This document shows, piece after piece, positions 1 through 11,400 of a stretch of 64,000 bases of DNA (within the stretch, counting starts at the first letter, position 1; each line of letters opens with the position of its first letter). Origin of the DNA: Pelomyxa schiedti. Lineage: Eukaryota > Protista > Evosea. The translations under genes were made by a program, and so were the position numbers. The notes below the pieces were generated by a model. It had not been told where the DNA came from, ran no database searches, and was given only the letters and a program-made list of their open reading frames with translations. The DNA is taken from assembly GCA_020536535.1 (NCBI GenBank), contig JAHLWZ010000579.1, forward strand, positions 78,832 through 142,831. Direction: 5' to 3'.

Positions 1-48
1 AGTATCACCCTTTTTGTATATACTCATGATAACTAGTTTTTCCGTGCA

Positions 49-713
49 GGAAACCCATTGGACCCAAGTTGAACAAGACCAACTTGTATTAGTATGTGTT
101 GAAGTGTATTCTGAATATAGAGATTTATCAGCAGCAACCGCTCTGTCACAAAGGTTCTATTTTCTTCTGGTGGTTAATAGTACCTCACTCCAATTCCAGG
201 TTAGTTACTCCCGAGGCAAAGCTCAAGGGTCTACTACTGTCTGACCTTTTCCAAGACGCTTACGACCTAGCAGTCACTTTACCTGACCCCGCCAGGTAAA
301 GTAAAATCCCACTCCCCCTTTGGTTTGCATCATTTCAAGTGTTTCTCACCCAGTCGGGGGCTTTTTTTAGGTGGGTACAAATGGTGAAGCAGAATTCCAC
401 CAGCACCGCTGTCCTGCACAAATGTGAAGCATTTTTGCGCACCGGCCGCAAGCGGGCACCAACTCTTCTGCCCACACCATCATCCATGTCACTTGTTGAC
501 AAACCACTGAGCACAACAACCCCTGTATTACCAGAATCAACTCCTCCCCCATTTACTGATACAACAACACCAGCACCAACAACAAGTACCACAACCACTA
601 CATCAACTTCAGCACCAGCAAACACCACTCCCACAACACCAGACCCCTCATTGCTATTCTCTGTTATGGAACCCACCCCCAAAGAAACAGAAACACCAGC
701 CTCAAAATCGTAG
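49..713 (+). CDS. 3' end of a spliced gene; alpha-helical C-terminus weakly resembling spastizin/ZFYVE26, then a Thr/Pro-rich tail
   Basis: GT-AG spliced exons give ...EAKLKGLLLSDLFQDAYDLAVTLPDPARWVQMVKQNSTSTAVLHKCEAFL, a pattern like the ZFYVE26 C-terminus recalled from memory. A T/P-rich tail follows to the stop at 711-713. The 5' part lies outside the window. Confidence 0.4.
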
Positions 714-768
714 GAATTCTCCCACATTGGGAATCAAAAAAAAAATTTTTTTGTTTGTCAAAACATTT

Positions 769-3476
769 TTACAATCTTCTCACAACGGGCTTTAGTTCGT
801 CCTGCCTTCTACGCATTAACTGTCCCAGAGAAGCCTCAACATCTAAAAAAAAAAGCCCCAGAATAAGAAAATAGAAGTGCGTGGCTATTAAAAGGATGAT
901 AGAACCAACCTTTTGAGAGTGGGTAGGCTGAAGCACCCTGAGGTATATTGTGTAGCAAAGTCATAATTTCCTTATCCAGTTTCGCAACAGTACGGTACGG
1001 CCACTTGCGGGATCGAACAGCTTCTTTCCATCTCTTGCTGAGGGTTGATGTGGGTATACCTAACTTATGAGCGGCGTCCGCTTGTGGTAGTGTAAGGTAT
1101 TCGGTGATGTCAACATACCTTGGGGATGAGAATAAGTTTTGGAATATATTGTTGGGTGTGGAAGTGTAAGGTGAAAGAAGGAATAAATACTTGTGACCGG
1201 GCTGTGAAGCAACGTGTAGAGCAGGGGAAGCACTTCCAAATGGTTCCAGTGAGTTTTCTGGTGGAGGTGCCATTTCTTCAGATTCCTGCATTAGCTAAGA
1301 GAAATTCAATTGAGTGTTTTCACTTACATCAATATCAGCCCGAGAAGAAGAGCGGGACCTACGGCGTGACCGAGAACGGGAAGCTTGTCTTGGGCTCATA
1401 TTCATCAAATATCTATCTTGCAAGGAAGAACCTGTGTACTTGTTAATATAACTAAACATAACAATACTGAGGTGTTAACCTCAGTATACTGAATAGAGAG
1501 GAGAGACATACTATCTCTTATGGCGATAGACATGTCCTGAATCATGGGAGCGGATGAGGGTGTTGTTGTGCTCGAGTGTACAACCGGAGGTAACTCTATA
1601 GAATTCGAGTTCTGTTGTCCTAGATTTCCGCTGGCGGGACTATGCTGAGTTGGAGATAACGACCCCGAGTTAGCCCTTTGTGCCGGTATTCCAGGCGGAT
1701 TCTGGTATACTGGGGGTACCATGGAAACACCAACATTAGCTCCCTGCTTTAACGGAGGAAAAAATGAGAAGTGCTTTGATAAAGACGGAAACTTACGTCA
1801 AGGGGAAGTAACCTCGATGTTGAGGAGACATTCCCAGAGCTAACCCCAACATTCATTCCCATGGCTCCGTGGGCCAAGTTGATTTGCTGAAATTGGTTTG
1901 GCAGTTGCTGTACATGTGTAGATTGGAGGAGGTTGCTAGTGCCGATTGAACCAGGAGGTAGCTGACCACTCGACACAGTTTGAGAAGCACCCATTCCAGT
2001 AAGAACACCAGTAGGCGGGTTGGTAGTTCCAGATGGGGTTTGTGTGACCATTTGTGTTGGAGAGACGAACGGAAGACCGGGGGACCAAGGATTTATTCCC
2101 ATCAACATGCTGGGATTAACAAGTCCGAGTAGGGACTCGTCAGTAGGTAATGGTGTAGGAGATGGGACAACTTGTGGAAGAGGGCTGTTGTTGTTAAGTG
2201 AAGTCAGAGGAATTGGTTGTGCTTGAGGAGATGCGGAATGTTGGTGTGTTTGAGGCATAGAAGGTTGGTTTCCATTAAGTACACCTGGAATGCCAGTTGA
2301 ATTTGCTTGCATATGGTTTGTGTTGCGGGATACTGACATTCTTGCTGAGGGGATTGTGTTATGTGAGGGTACTGACTGACTATTCACAACTGGCGAATTT
2401 GAGGTGAGTCCTGTTGCAGAAGTGTGTGAGGGTGCTGCGGCAGCGGTGGCAAGTGCTAGCTGAAGTTGTGGGTGTGGCATGGATGAAAGATTCCTGGGTA
2501 GACCGTCTGTATTTAAAGACACATGGGGACCTTCGACAGGTGAATGTTGAGTTGAGAAGCCACCACCCTGAACTAAAGCATAAATAAGAACAAAGCCCAC
2601 CCACGAGAATAGAGGATATATCCCCACAGAAGATATGTATGTATCTTTCACTCCCCCATTTTTCAAACACCAATACTAACCTTGCTGTGAGTGAGATAGG
2701 ACGACACCAGGAGAGGGAGGGGACGGCGGGCCGATTATGGGAGAAGGATTGCTTCCCAATCTGACCAAGGGTGAAATGAGACTGTGACCCACAGAGCCAG
2801 GCACTGAAATGCAATTTGGTGTTGTCCCTGATGTTTGTGGTGGTGGCTGTGGGTACCCATAATTGCCGTTCATGGGGCTCCCACCTCCACCACCTCCAGA
2901 GGTCGGAGGCGAAGCCGCGTGCATCCCACCAACAACGACACCACAACCTCCGCCGCCATAAATAGACCCAAAGGCTGCGGGCTGCTGCTGCTGTTGCTGC
3001 TGCTGCCGGGTGTCCTGCCGCGAGGGATTATGGGATTGGTTTTGGAGTAAGGCCCCTCGTTGGGCGGCCAGGAGCTGCTGCGCGCTGTTGATGTTGATGT
3101 TGATGTTGCACGAGTCCGTGTCCGAAGGGGGAGACGAGTGGCGCGAGGACGGCGCCGCGGTGTGGGTTGGGGACACCGGTGGGACCTGCGACGGCGACGG
3201 CTGCGTGATCGGAGACTGGGACTGGGAGTGGGACGACTGCGGGGAGTTGGGGTCGGCGCGCGACGGCGACGCCGGGCACGCGAACGGCGACGAGGCGTCG
3301 CCCCCGGGGCCCGAGATCGGCGACGAGGCGGGAGACGACGACGAGCCGTTGTTGCCGCGCAGGGGCGACGACGAGCCGACGCCGAAGCCGCCGCCTACGG
3401 GCGAATTGGCGCCGACGTTGTTGGGGCTTGTTTGTCCATGCAGACGAACGGAGCCGAGGGGGTTTTCGGCTTTCAT
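769..3476 (-). CDS. RWP-RK domain transcription factor with a long S/P/Q-rich low-complexity N-terminus
   Basis: YLTLPQADAAHKLGIPTSTLSKRWKEAVRSRKWPYR matches the RWP-RK pattern. The last exon DVEASLGQLMRRRQDELKPVVRRL* ends at 769. Upstream exon ORFs are 2676-3476, 1749-2574 and 1405-1722. Confidence 0.85.
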
Positions 3477-3646
3477 GGAGTTTTCGTGTGGTTGTCCTTG
3501 GTGCGGAGGTTGGTGTGTTGTCAGGGAAATTTCCTTTGTTTTCTTTTTAGAAAAGATCCGACTAGAGAAAACTGCAATTTAGAAGAGGTTTTGTTGGTGC
3601 TTTTTTTAGCCCGACAGTGTTGGTGTGTTGTTGCTCTTCTTTGTCT

Positions 3647-5567
3647 TTACAGACAAAGAAGAATGAGTATAAACATTGTGAATGGGAGGGTGAAATGGAG
3701 TTGTAGACAAGTGCCACTACTGTAGCAATTTGTGGTCTGTGTCCAGGTCAGTGAAGATATACTGGGGTCACAGACAAGGCATGGATCAACAGGTGATGTG
3801 GATGTTGTGGTGATGCACACGCCGTCAATCCAGCACCGCGTGCCATCGGCGACGCACGCGCACATGTCGACTGGCCTTGTTGGTGTGGCAATGCAAGGGC
3901 TTGTGTAGGTGTCGGTGTCGTACAGGCAGTTTTGTGAAACGTTACTAGAAAAAAGGTGAATTGGCAAATAACCACAGGCAAAGCAGCACATACCAGGACA
4001 AGTGAGGTGAGGTGGCGTTTGGGGGTGTCCCACTGAAAAGATTGTTGGCCAAGTTCCTACGACACTTAGAGAGATAAAAGACCGACGCTACACACAATGA
4101 CTCGAGATTCTTCAAGATAATTGTATTGGGGATAGTGCCACGAAACTGGTTTTCTGACAAGTCACTGTATTTGTTCCATATTAAGACAGTGAAATTAGAA
4201 ACTACACTGCACACAAAAACTTTAGGTGTGAAGACGTTGTCCAGGCGTTCGAAATTACACCAGAAAATTGGTTGTGGTCAAGATAACTAGGACTTGTAAA
4301 AAAGAAAATTACAGATGAGAGAAAAAACATGTATGTGATACTACTGAGATTAAAAACGCAGTCAGGGACGGTTCCATAAAGCTGGTTGTTTGAAAGTATT
4401 CTACACTTGGTTTAGCAACCTCAGAAAAAAGTGGGATTCATACAGATAAACTACTTCAGATACATTGCACACAGACGGGGGAATTGTTCCTGTGAGCAAG
4501 TTTCCGCCCAAATCCCTTAAACTTCATTAGCGGTGCTTATGTAACCCTGCAGCATACAAAGATAAAAGCCTCGTAAGAGAGAATAGTGAAGAAGGCACCG
4601 TTCCAGCTAGATTGTTCTCGGCCAACCAACTGTGAGTAGTACGTTAAAATTACTACAGAAGTGGTATAAAGCAAACATATGCTCCAAATAGGGAAGGTTT
4701 CCCAATTCACTGGGAACCGTTCCATCGAGGTTGTTCCACATAAATGATCTGTAGGCTTCATCAGGAAAAGGAAAAAAAGGTAGGGAAACTAACATTAACT
4801 CCACAGCCGACAAATTACTAACGGCTGCAGGAATCGAGCCAGTCAAAGTATTGTTCTCGAGGTTACTGCCTTGGTTATTTGGAAAAGAATCCGATATTAC
4901 ACACATGTATAATATAGTCGATAACATTAAAGAGGCCGGAATCGTGCCGGAAAGTCGATTGTTTAGTGAAGACCTGTGACAAAATTAATGTCGTGGATTG
5001 CTGCCTCACTGGAGAAAAAAAACCTACCAGGTAGAGACGGTCATCATTGAAGTGAAAACATCAGGTATAGAACCGGTTAAGTCGTTAAAGTCAAATTCCC
5101 TGTTCAAGACTAAGTACCGAGTAAATCTTTAGCAGCGTCAAACATTTGTTGAGCCTCCCATAAGTTTCCTATCGACGGAGGAAGGGTCCCACTCATATTA
5201 CTATACGAAAGAGATCTTTTCCCAGTGTTAGGAGTGGCGGGTGCGGAAAAGCAGAAAAAAAACTCCTACAATCCTTTGACGTGGCCGTTCGAATTGCACG
5301 TGACACCAGAGAGCGGGTGTTGACAAGGTGACGTGAAGGAACAAGGATCCAAGACCCATTTAGAAGGAGAGTTTGTGCGCTTTATATCGCACAGCGTAGA
5401 GGCTTCTTCCAACAAGGTAGATCCATCAGCCTCCAGGACGATCGCCAACACCACAAATAACAAGTAAAACACGGACCGCCGTTCTACAGCACGCACTGAC
5501 GCCAGATCTTGAGTGCGAAACGAATGAAGAGATAATTGAAACCTGAGTGCGCACGAGGCCGACGCAT
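3647..5567 (-). CDS. Secreted or surface leucine-rich-repeat protein without a kinase domain
   Basis: Signal-like hydrophobic segment (VFYLLFVVLAIVLEA), LRR N-cap DPCSFTSPCQHPLSGVTC, plant-type LRR exons (LxxNxLxGxIP), and a Cys-rich C-terminal module. It ends in a hydrophobic tail at 3647, or at about 3562 if a final intron is spliced. Confidence 0.8.
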
Positions 5568-5838
5568 AAATTGGATGATCTGTTAAAAGCAAGATAAAAA
5601 TGAAAAGAAAAAATGTATCTCTTAATTGTTTTTTTTCCCTCTTTTTCTTAGACTGGATCGGCCTGTACAGTTGCACGCCCCGAGTGTTGCTCTAATTCCT
5701 CCCTTGTAACATGTGGCTGAAATAAAAAAACACCAGACCGCCGAGACTGGGCGATGACACGAAAACGACAGCGTTCCGGTCTGTTGATTATTTTATTCAA
5801 CCATGTTACAACAAAAGTGCAGTGATTCCCCTGCATGT

Positions 5839-7409
5839 TCACTCAGCCCCAGTCCAGATCTCATAAAAACATAAAAATGCCGTTACAATCGAGTACACCT
5901 TGGTGGAGGGAGCGGTGGGTTAGAATTTTTGCACGTGGGGATCTTGGCTTGGGTCGTTGTGTAGTGCATACCCCTAGTATGGATGTTGCTATTCCTACGG
6001 CATAGCGTAGAACTTTGGTGCGGACAATTCGTGTGAGGTAGGCGGCGAAGGGAGTTGCTAAAGTAGATCCAATGATGAGGTAAACCACCAGGTCGTAATC
6101 ACCTTTACTGCCTGTGGGTGTCATTTAGATTTCATGGGGAAAGCTGGTTTTGCGCGGAACCTATGCCCTGAATGGCGTTGCAAGCTAGGGAGCAAATTAT
6201 ACCACACAGGCTTATTATTGCCTCGGAAGCAGATGTTGCTGCTATTGCGTTTTTTTGTGGCCGACCGCATATCTGTCAAAGTTAGATTTCACCCAGTTTA
6301 GGGATTGCAATGACACCATTTGGCCCGAAACCGCAATAGGTCCGTAACCTCCTCCACTTATCCCCTTGTTGAACCCCGTTATCACTCCCAGAATCGCGAT
6401 TTTCCACCATCTGTAGCTTACCTAAAATCTGTGTGAACAAGATTACACTTCGTGGCACTCATACAATTAGTCTGATTGCCGTAAAGAAGATTATTATGAT
6501 TCCCATGGCAAGTACCATGATTGCTATGTACAGCTTTATTGCAAATTTTTGTTTTGCGGACCAAGAATACTTCGCGTTAATGATCGTACTAATAATACAG
6601 CCTGCAACTCCAAATACAATAAGCAACGTAACTACCTGATTATTTAATTTATGTTAGTTCCCCTACCGAGTACGTTCTCCACTCTGGATTACCTGCATAT
6701 CCTTGGTGAATTTGCATTGCTTAGCTTTAGCGTAGCATTTGACAAATAAACTGGTCTCCGATTTCTGACTTTCCACATCCAAGTCCAATTCATCAGGAGT
6801 TTTCTGAACTTCCGGTCTTGCAGAAGGGCTAGATGGGGATGATGGAATTGCGGGTGATGTTTTATCACCTGAGTCATTTGTTTCATCGACAAACGCCTCA
6901 ATCTATAATGAAATGTGATGAAGGGACAACGCATGAAAAGAAGTACGGCTTCGTCTCCAAGACCCTCCATCTCCACTTCCTTTCTTACTTCAGCTTCATA
7001 GCTTTTATCTAGCCGGAGACATTTCACTACCGATTTGGGAAGATATTTATTTGGATCGAACCCTGTCCAAATCAGAAATAAGGCAAGAGGACTACGATCC
7101 AAGGCTTACCCCAATTGAGATTCTTGAAAAGCGTATGAAAAATCGTTGCAAGTATGCCAGAAGTTAGTTCCGACACAAGTACTGACTGTACAATAGTTTT
7201 CCTTTTCAAGGAGAAGGCAGGCGTCATCAAAATTGGAACTAGTGTGGTTCCATATCCCATGCCTAGTGAACTGTCTGTTGTACTGTGAGCGTTTTTTGAG
7301 TGGGGTTGTTGGGAATTTGCATTACCTATCAGTTCACCAAAGAAAGATAGAAAAGGAATCACCACATAAACCCATGTGGGGTTGGTATCCTCACTCCAAG
7401 AGCCAGTAA
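5839..7409 (-). CDS. tauE: TauE/SafE (TSUP) family putative sulfite/anion exporter with a hydrophilic central insertion
   Basis: Spliced N-terminus FLSFFGELIDSSLGMGYGTTLVPIL is the TSUP first-helix motif. C-terminal helices read LIIGSTLATPFAAYLT...LRYAVGIATSILGVYSI. Confidence 0.8.
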
Positions 7410-7505
7410 CTGCTGTGCTGTTACTCATACAAACAAAACCAAAAATTTCTTCTTTTTGTTGTGTTTGGCCTAGCCACACCAATTTCGAGACAAACCAATC
7501 AATTG

Positions 7506-8075
7506 ATGCGATCAAAGCATCAACCAAACCGCCGGAGCGAAAGTTTCTTCCAGGAAGGCCTCACCAGTGAACGTTGCACAAACAAACTTGCACTTGAAGA
7601 TCGCAATGTCCAACCAACCCAGATTAGCTCTGTCCTCCCAGTTCAGTTCACTCCCGGCAGCCCTCCCACAATAATCCCCTCGTGTCCCCAATACGCACCA
7701 CCGGTAATCTTCCAAGGACACCACACAGAAGAATCCCCCAGAATACTATCAGTCTGGCCAATAGATGTGTCTCACCATATCCTGTGCCGATCAGGACAAG
7801 AACAGGCAAGACTGAGCAGTAATCGAGAATTGTCAACAACTACGACTGCACTACATCAGCAACAAACGAGTGTCGTAGAAGAAATTGGTTGTTATGACCT
7901 CTTCTCTCTGTGTGATCCCAGTGACCATTTTCTCCTGCCTTTCCTACTTAGTTGCCCGTCAGAGCCATTCTCCAGGCACCTGTACTTCTTACCCCTCACA
8001 TGTGTTAAAGCTCCCACCAACACACTGAATCAACAACTACAACACACTACCACGTCACCTTCCTCCTCCCTGTAA
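7506..8075 (+). CDS. Hypothetical intronless protein
   Basis: A 190-codon ATG ORF fills the gap between TauE and the next gene, divergent from TauE. No recognised domain. Confidence 0.4.
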   Translation: MRSKHQPNRRSESFFQEGLTSERCTNKLALEDRNVQPTQISSVLPVQFTPGSPPTIIPSCPQYAPPVIFQGHHTEESPRILSVWPIDVSHHILCRSGQEQARLSSNRELSTTTTALHQQQTSVVEEIGCYDLFSLCDPSDHFLLPFLLSCPSEPFSRHLYFLPLTCVKAPTNTLNQQLQHTTTSPSSSL

Positions 8076-8416
8076 ACAAGAGAAATGCTAGTATTCTAGC
8101 AACCCACTTTTTCCCGCAAAATCGAGTTCTTGTTGTGTGATGCGAGAGGGGTGAAAGGGTGGGTATGATGAGTGGTCGTGGCACAGCGGGAGTTGGTTGG
8201 GCTTGGGGTTGGGTGTCAGATGCATCTACCAACAGTGGTGTCTATCCATTTGGTCAGGGCCTGCACTGCGAAATAAAACAAAAAATAGCGGGTTCCTACC
8301 GCTTGCTTCAATTTGTTTTATGATTTCAACTTCGCCAAAATCAGTTGTAGGAGAAACTTAAATCAAACGTACGTTTTATTTTAAATCCAAGGTCGTTCGT
8401 TGGGTGTCTAATTTCA

Positions 8417-11400
8417 ATGAGAATAACGGTGGCACCCAAGGGAGGTGATTTCACGTCCCTTGGTGAGGCTATTGCTCATGCACCTCCTGATGCCAATATT
8501 CTGGTTTTATCTTTTTCGTCACTGCTTTTTTTTTTTTTCCCTCACTGTAAAATGGCTTGTTTTGTTTTTGGTTTTTGGTTTTTGGTTTTTTTTGTTTTTT
8601 TTCGGGTGGGTACGACAGGTTGTACCTGGTACATATGTGGAATCCAATATGCCTATTGTGATATCAAAATCACTGTCTATAAGTCTGGCAAGTCCAACTG
8701 CACAGTGCAGAGGAAATGGATGCTCTGCAATAATTGTGCCATATGTAAATACCAAGTACGTGCACCTGAGGGACTGTTGTAGAAATTACCTTAGTGATGA
8801 TTAATTATTGGTTTTGTCATATAAATGCTTCTTAGGGCTCCAGCAGGAGAAGCTCTGGTTGCAACTTTAATGAGATCCAGTAGTCGTCGCATTACCAAGT
8901 CATCTTCACTTGCCTCCAGTAATGACTTACAGGGATTCATTACCACGGTTTGTGAGCCTGAAGGGTCCAGTGTTGTGACAGAAAGTGAATTTCCTCTTGA
9001 GGTTGAATATCGACGCAGGCCCATACTTTGTTGTTTTACCTTGTCACCAGCTTCCAATTGGAGTGTTCCAATTCAAGCTCAAAGATCGGCAGCATGCACC
9101 TGTGGGCCACCCCCTTCAAGAAACTTGGGTTCTCACGAATAAGACTGATTTACATTACCGGATGATGTTTATTTCTGATTCTAATGATAAGTTTGACTTG
9201 CAGTTTAAGCCAGAGTCAAGAAAAATGAAACCAGTGTGCCTCTTCCTTCTTATCAGTATAAAAACAGCCCATTGCTTATCCTAACAAGGGTCAAAAAGCA
9301 GCTGTTACGGTTACACTTATTCTTAAGTGCACAACTGAATTGAGGCGTAACATTCCAGTCATTGTGGAAGGTTTTCCTGAGTTACATGTGGGGAATCTAA
9401 GTTTGCTTCAAATAAAGGGTCACAGGTGCCTAGACAGCACGTGTACATTCCACTGAGAATTGGCTCACAGATCACGACTAAGCTGGATTTTGATGAGATA
9501 ACAATGGGAGATAACCCTATTTGTGAAGATGAGCTAGCTGGTACATACCCAGGAACTTGGCGGTCCAGCAAGGTTACTCTCCCTATAGTCTTCACCTACC
9601 AACAGTAACTAGGTACAAGTAAAACTATTGAAAATACAAAATCCAGATGAAATCGCACTTCGCGATTTCATGAGAACAGTCGAGTTAATGGACCAACTTA
9701 GTTGCTCGTCATTGATCAGTAACTCCAAGCAAAATACCCACACTGTAACAACACTTTAGAATTTCTTGGTGCTTCCTCTTCACCGGGAAAAATATGTATT
9801 GTTTTTGAACATGCTGCATGTGGTTCTCTTGAATCAGTTATTGCCCATAAAGTAGTTCCTGAAGCCTTCAAGAAAAGAGTTGTCACTGATATCGCCCATG
9901 GTCAGTTGCCATACTTTAATGACTCCGTTTTACTAAGTATTTGGTTAGGGATGGATTTTCTCCACAAGCATGGTTCTTCCTATCATTTGCATTGCAACTC
10001 ATGAAGCAACCCCATTAGGAGTAGTACACCATAAGCTTTCTCCTGTGACCGTGCTGATTACCTCTCTGGATCATGAGTCTTCCACAGTTGCAAAGCTGAG
10101 GTGAATAGTCCTCAACCCAAGCCTGTGAAGTAATATCAAATAATGCATGTCAGTGAATTTGGATTTCCACGGAGAGGACCTGATGAGCCTGATGGCTATT
10201 CTGTGGAAGCGAATACAATATCCTTTTAGTCATTGTACATGCCCATTTTATTTCCTTGACCTCCAACACATTTATACTGCTCCTGAGTTGTTTCGAGACA
10301 GAGCACCTTTTGAATACCCAGCCGATGTCTACAGGCACCTGATGAGGTCAACAACCAACTCACTAACTTCTTTCCATTACTATCAGTTTTGCTATGGTGC
10401 TTTATTTCCTTTTCAAAGGTGAACATCCATTTTGTGACCCTCACTTTGCTTCAGCAAAAGGTACATAACCAAGGAATTGATACCTGCTTGGTTCACCTCT
10501 TTAGATATTGAAAGTTTTTTGGAAGAAGGAAAACGCTTACCTCTTGATTTTCCTTGTCCTCCCTTGTTGAAAAATCTCATAACTGAATGTTGGGCAGAGG
10601 ATCCCCTATCACGGCCTGGTGGTTGAACACATTTTTTCCTCCCTTTAACACCTCTCAGATTTTCCAGCAATTGTCAAAGAATTAGACCCAGAAAGAGGTT
10701 GCGTGAGATATTCTGCTAGTGAGCTTTCTGCACCACCTGATAATCGCTTGCTTGTTGTTAAAAACTGCAAGGTTGAAATCAAAGGTCATTCTTCCCTTTT
10801 TTTTTGAAAATTACACTCACTCAAAGGGATTGAATTTCGCGGACCTGTGCATGTTAATAACTCAGGCTCACTCAGTATGGAGCAATGCTGCTTACCCTCA
10901 GTGGCTGCCACTGGCAGAGGCACACACATGTCATTACTTCAGTGTACCGTAGATCCCACTAAGTATGGTACGGTATTTTATTGTGCTTTTTTCCTTTGCA
11001 TTGGTTTTCATGTATCATAGGAGTGAATGCCCAATCGTCTTCCGTCAAGTATTTTTTTCGCCCTTCATACCACTTCTCACTTTAATAGATTCAGTGAATA
11101 TGCAGCAGGGACTTTAGACTTAAGCAGTATCTACACTGTTTTTAAACCAACGTTTTGACTTCGCATCATAAGATGTATCGGCTTGCTCAATATCAGGCAC
11201 AGGTATTGAAGTCAGTGGATTTGCTGAGCCCACAATAAGAGCTTGCTCGATAAGATATGGGCAAGTTGGTGTCTCTTTCTGGAAAAATGGGAATGGAGTG
11301 TATGTCCACCTCCGCCTTTCATTCTCGTTGATATAGTACCCTCTCAGTATCGAGAACTGTTGTATAAGCGATACTGGCTTAGCTGGAATAGAAGTAGCAC

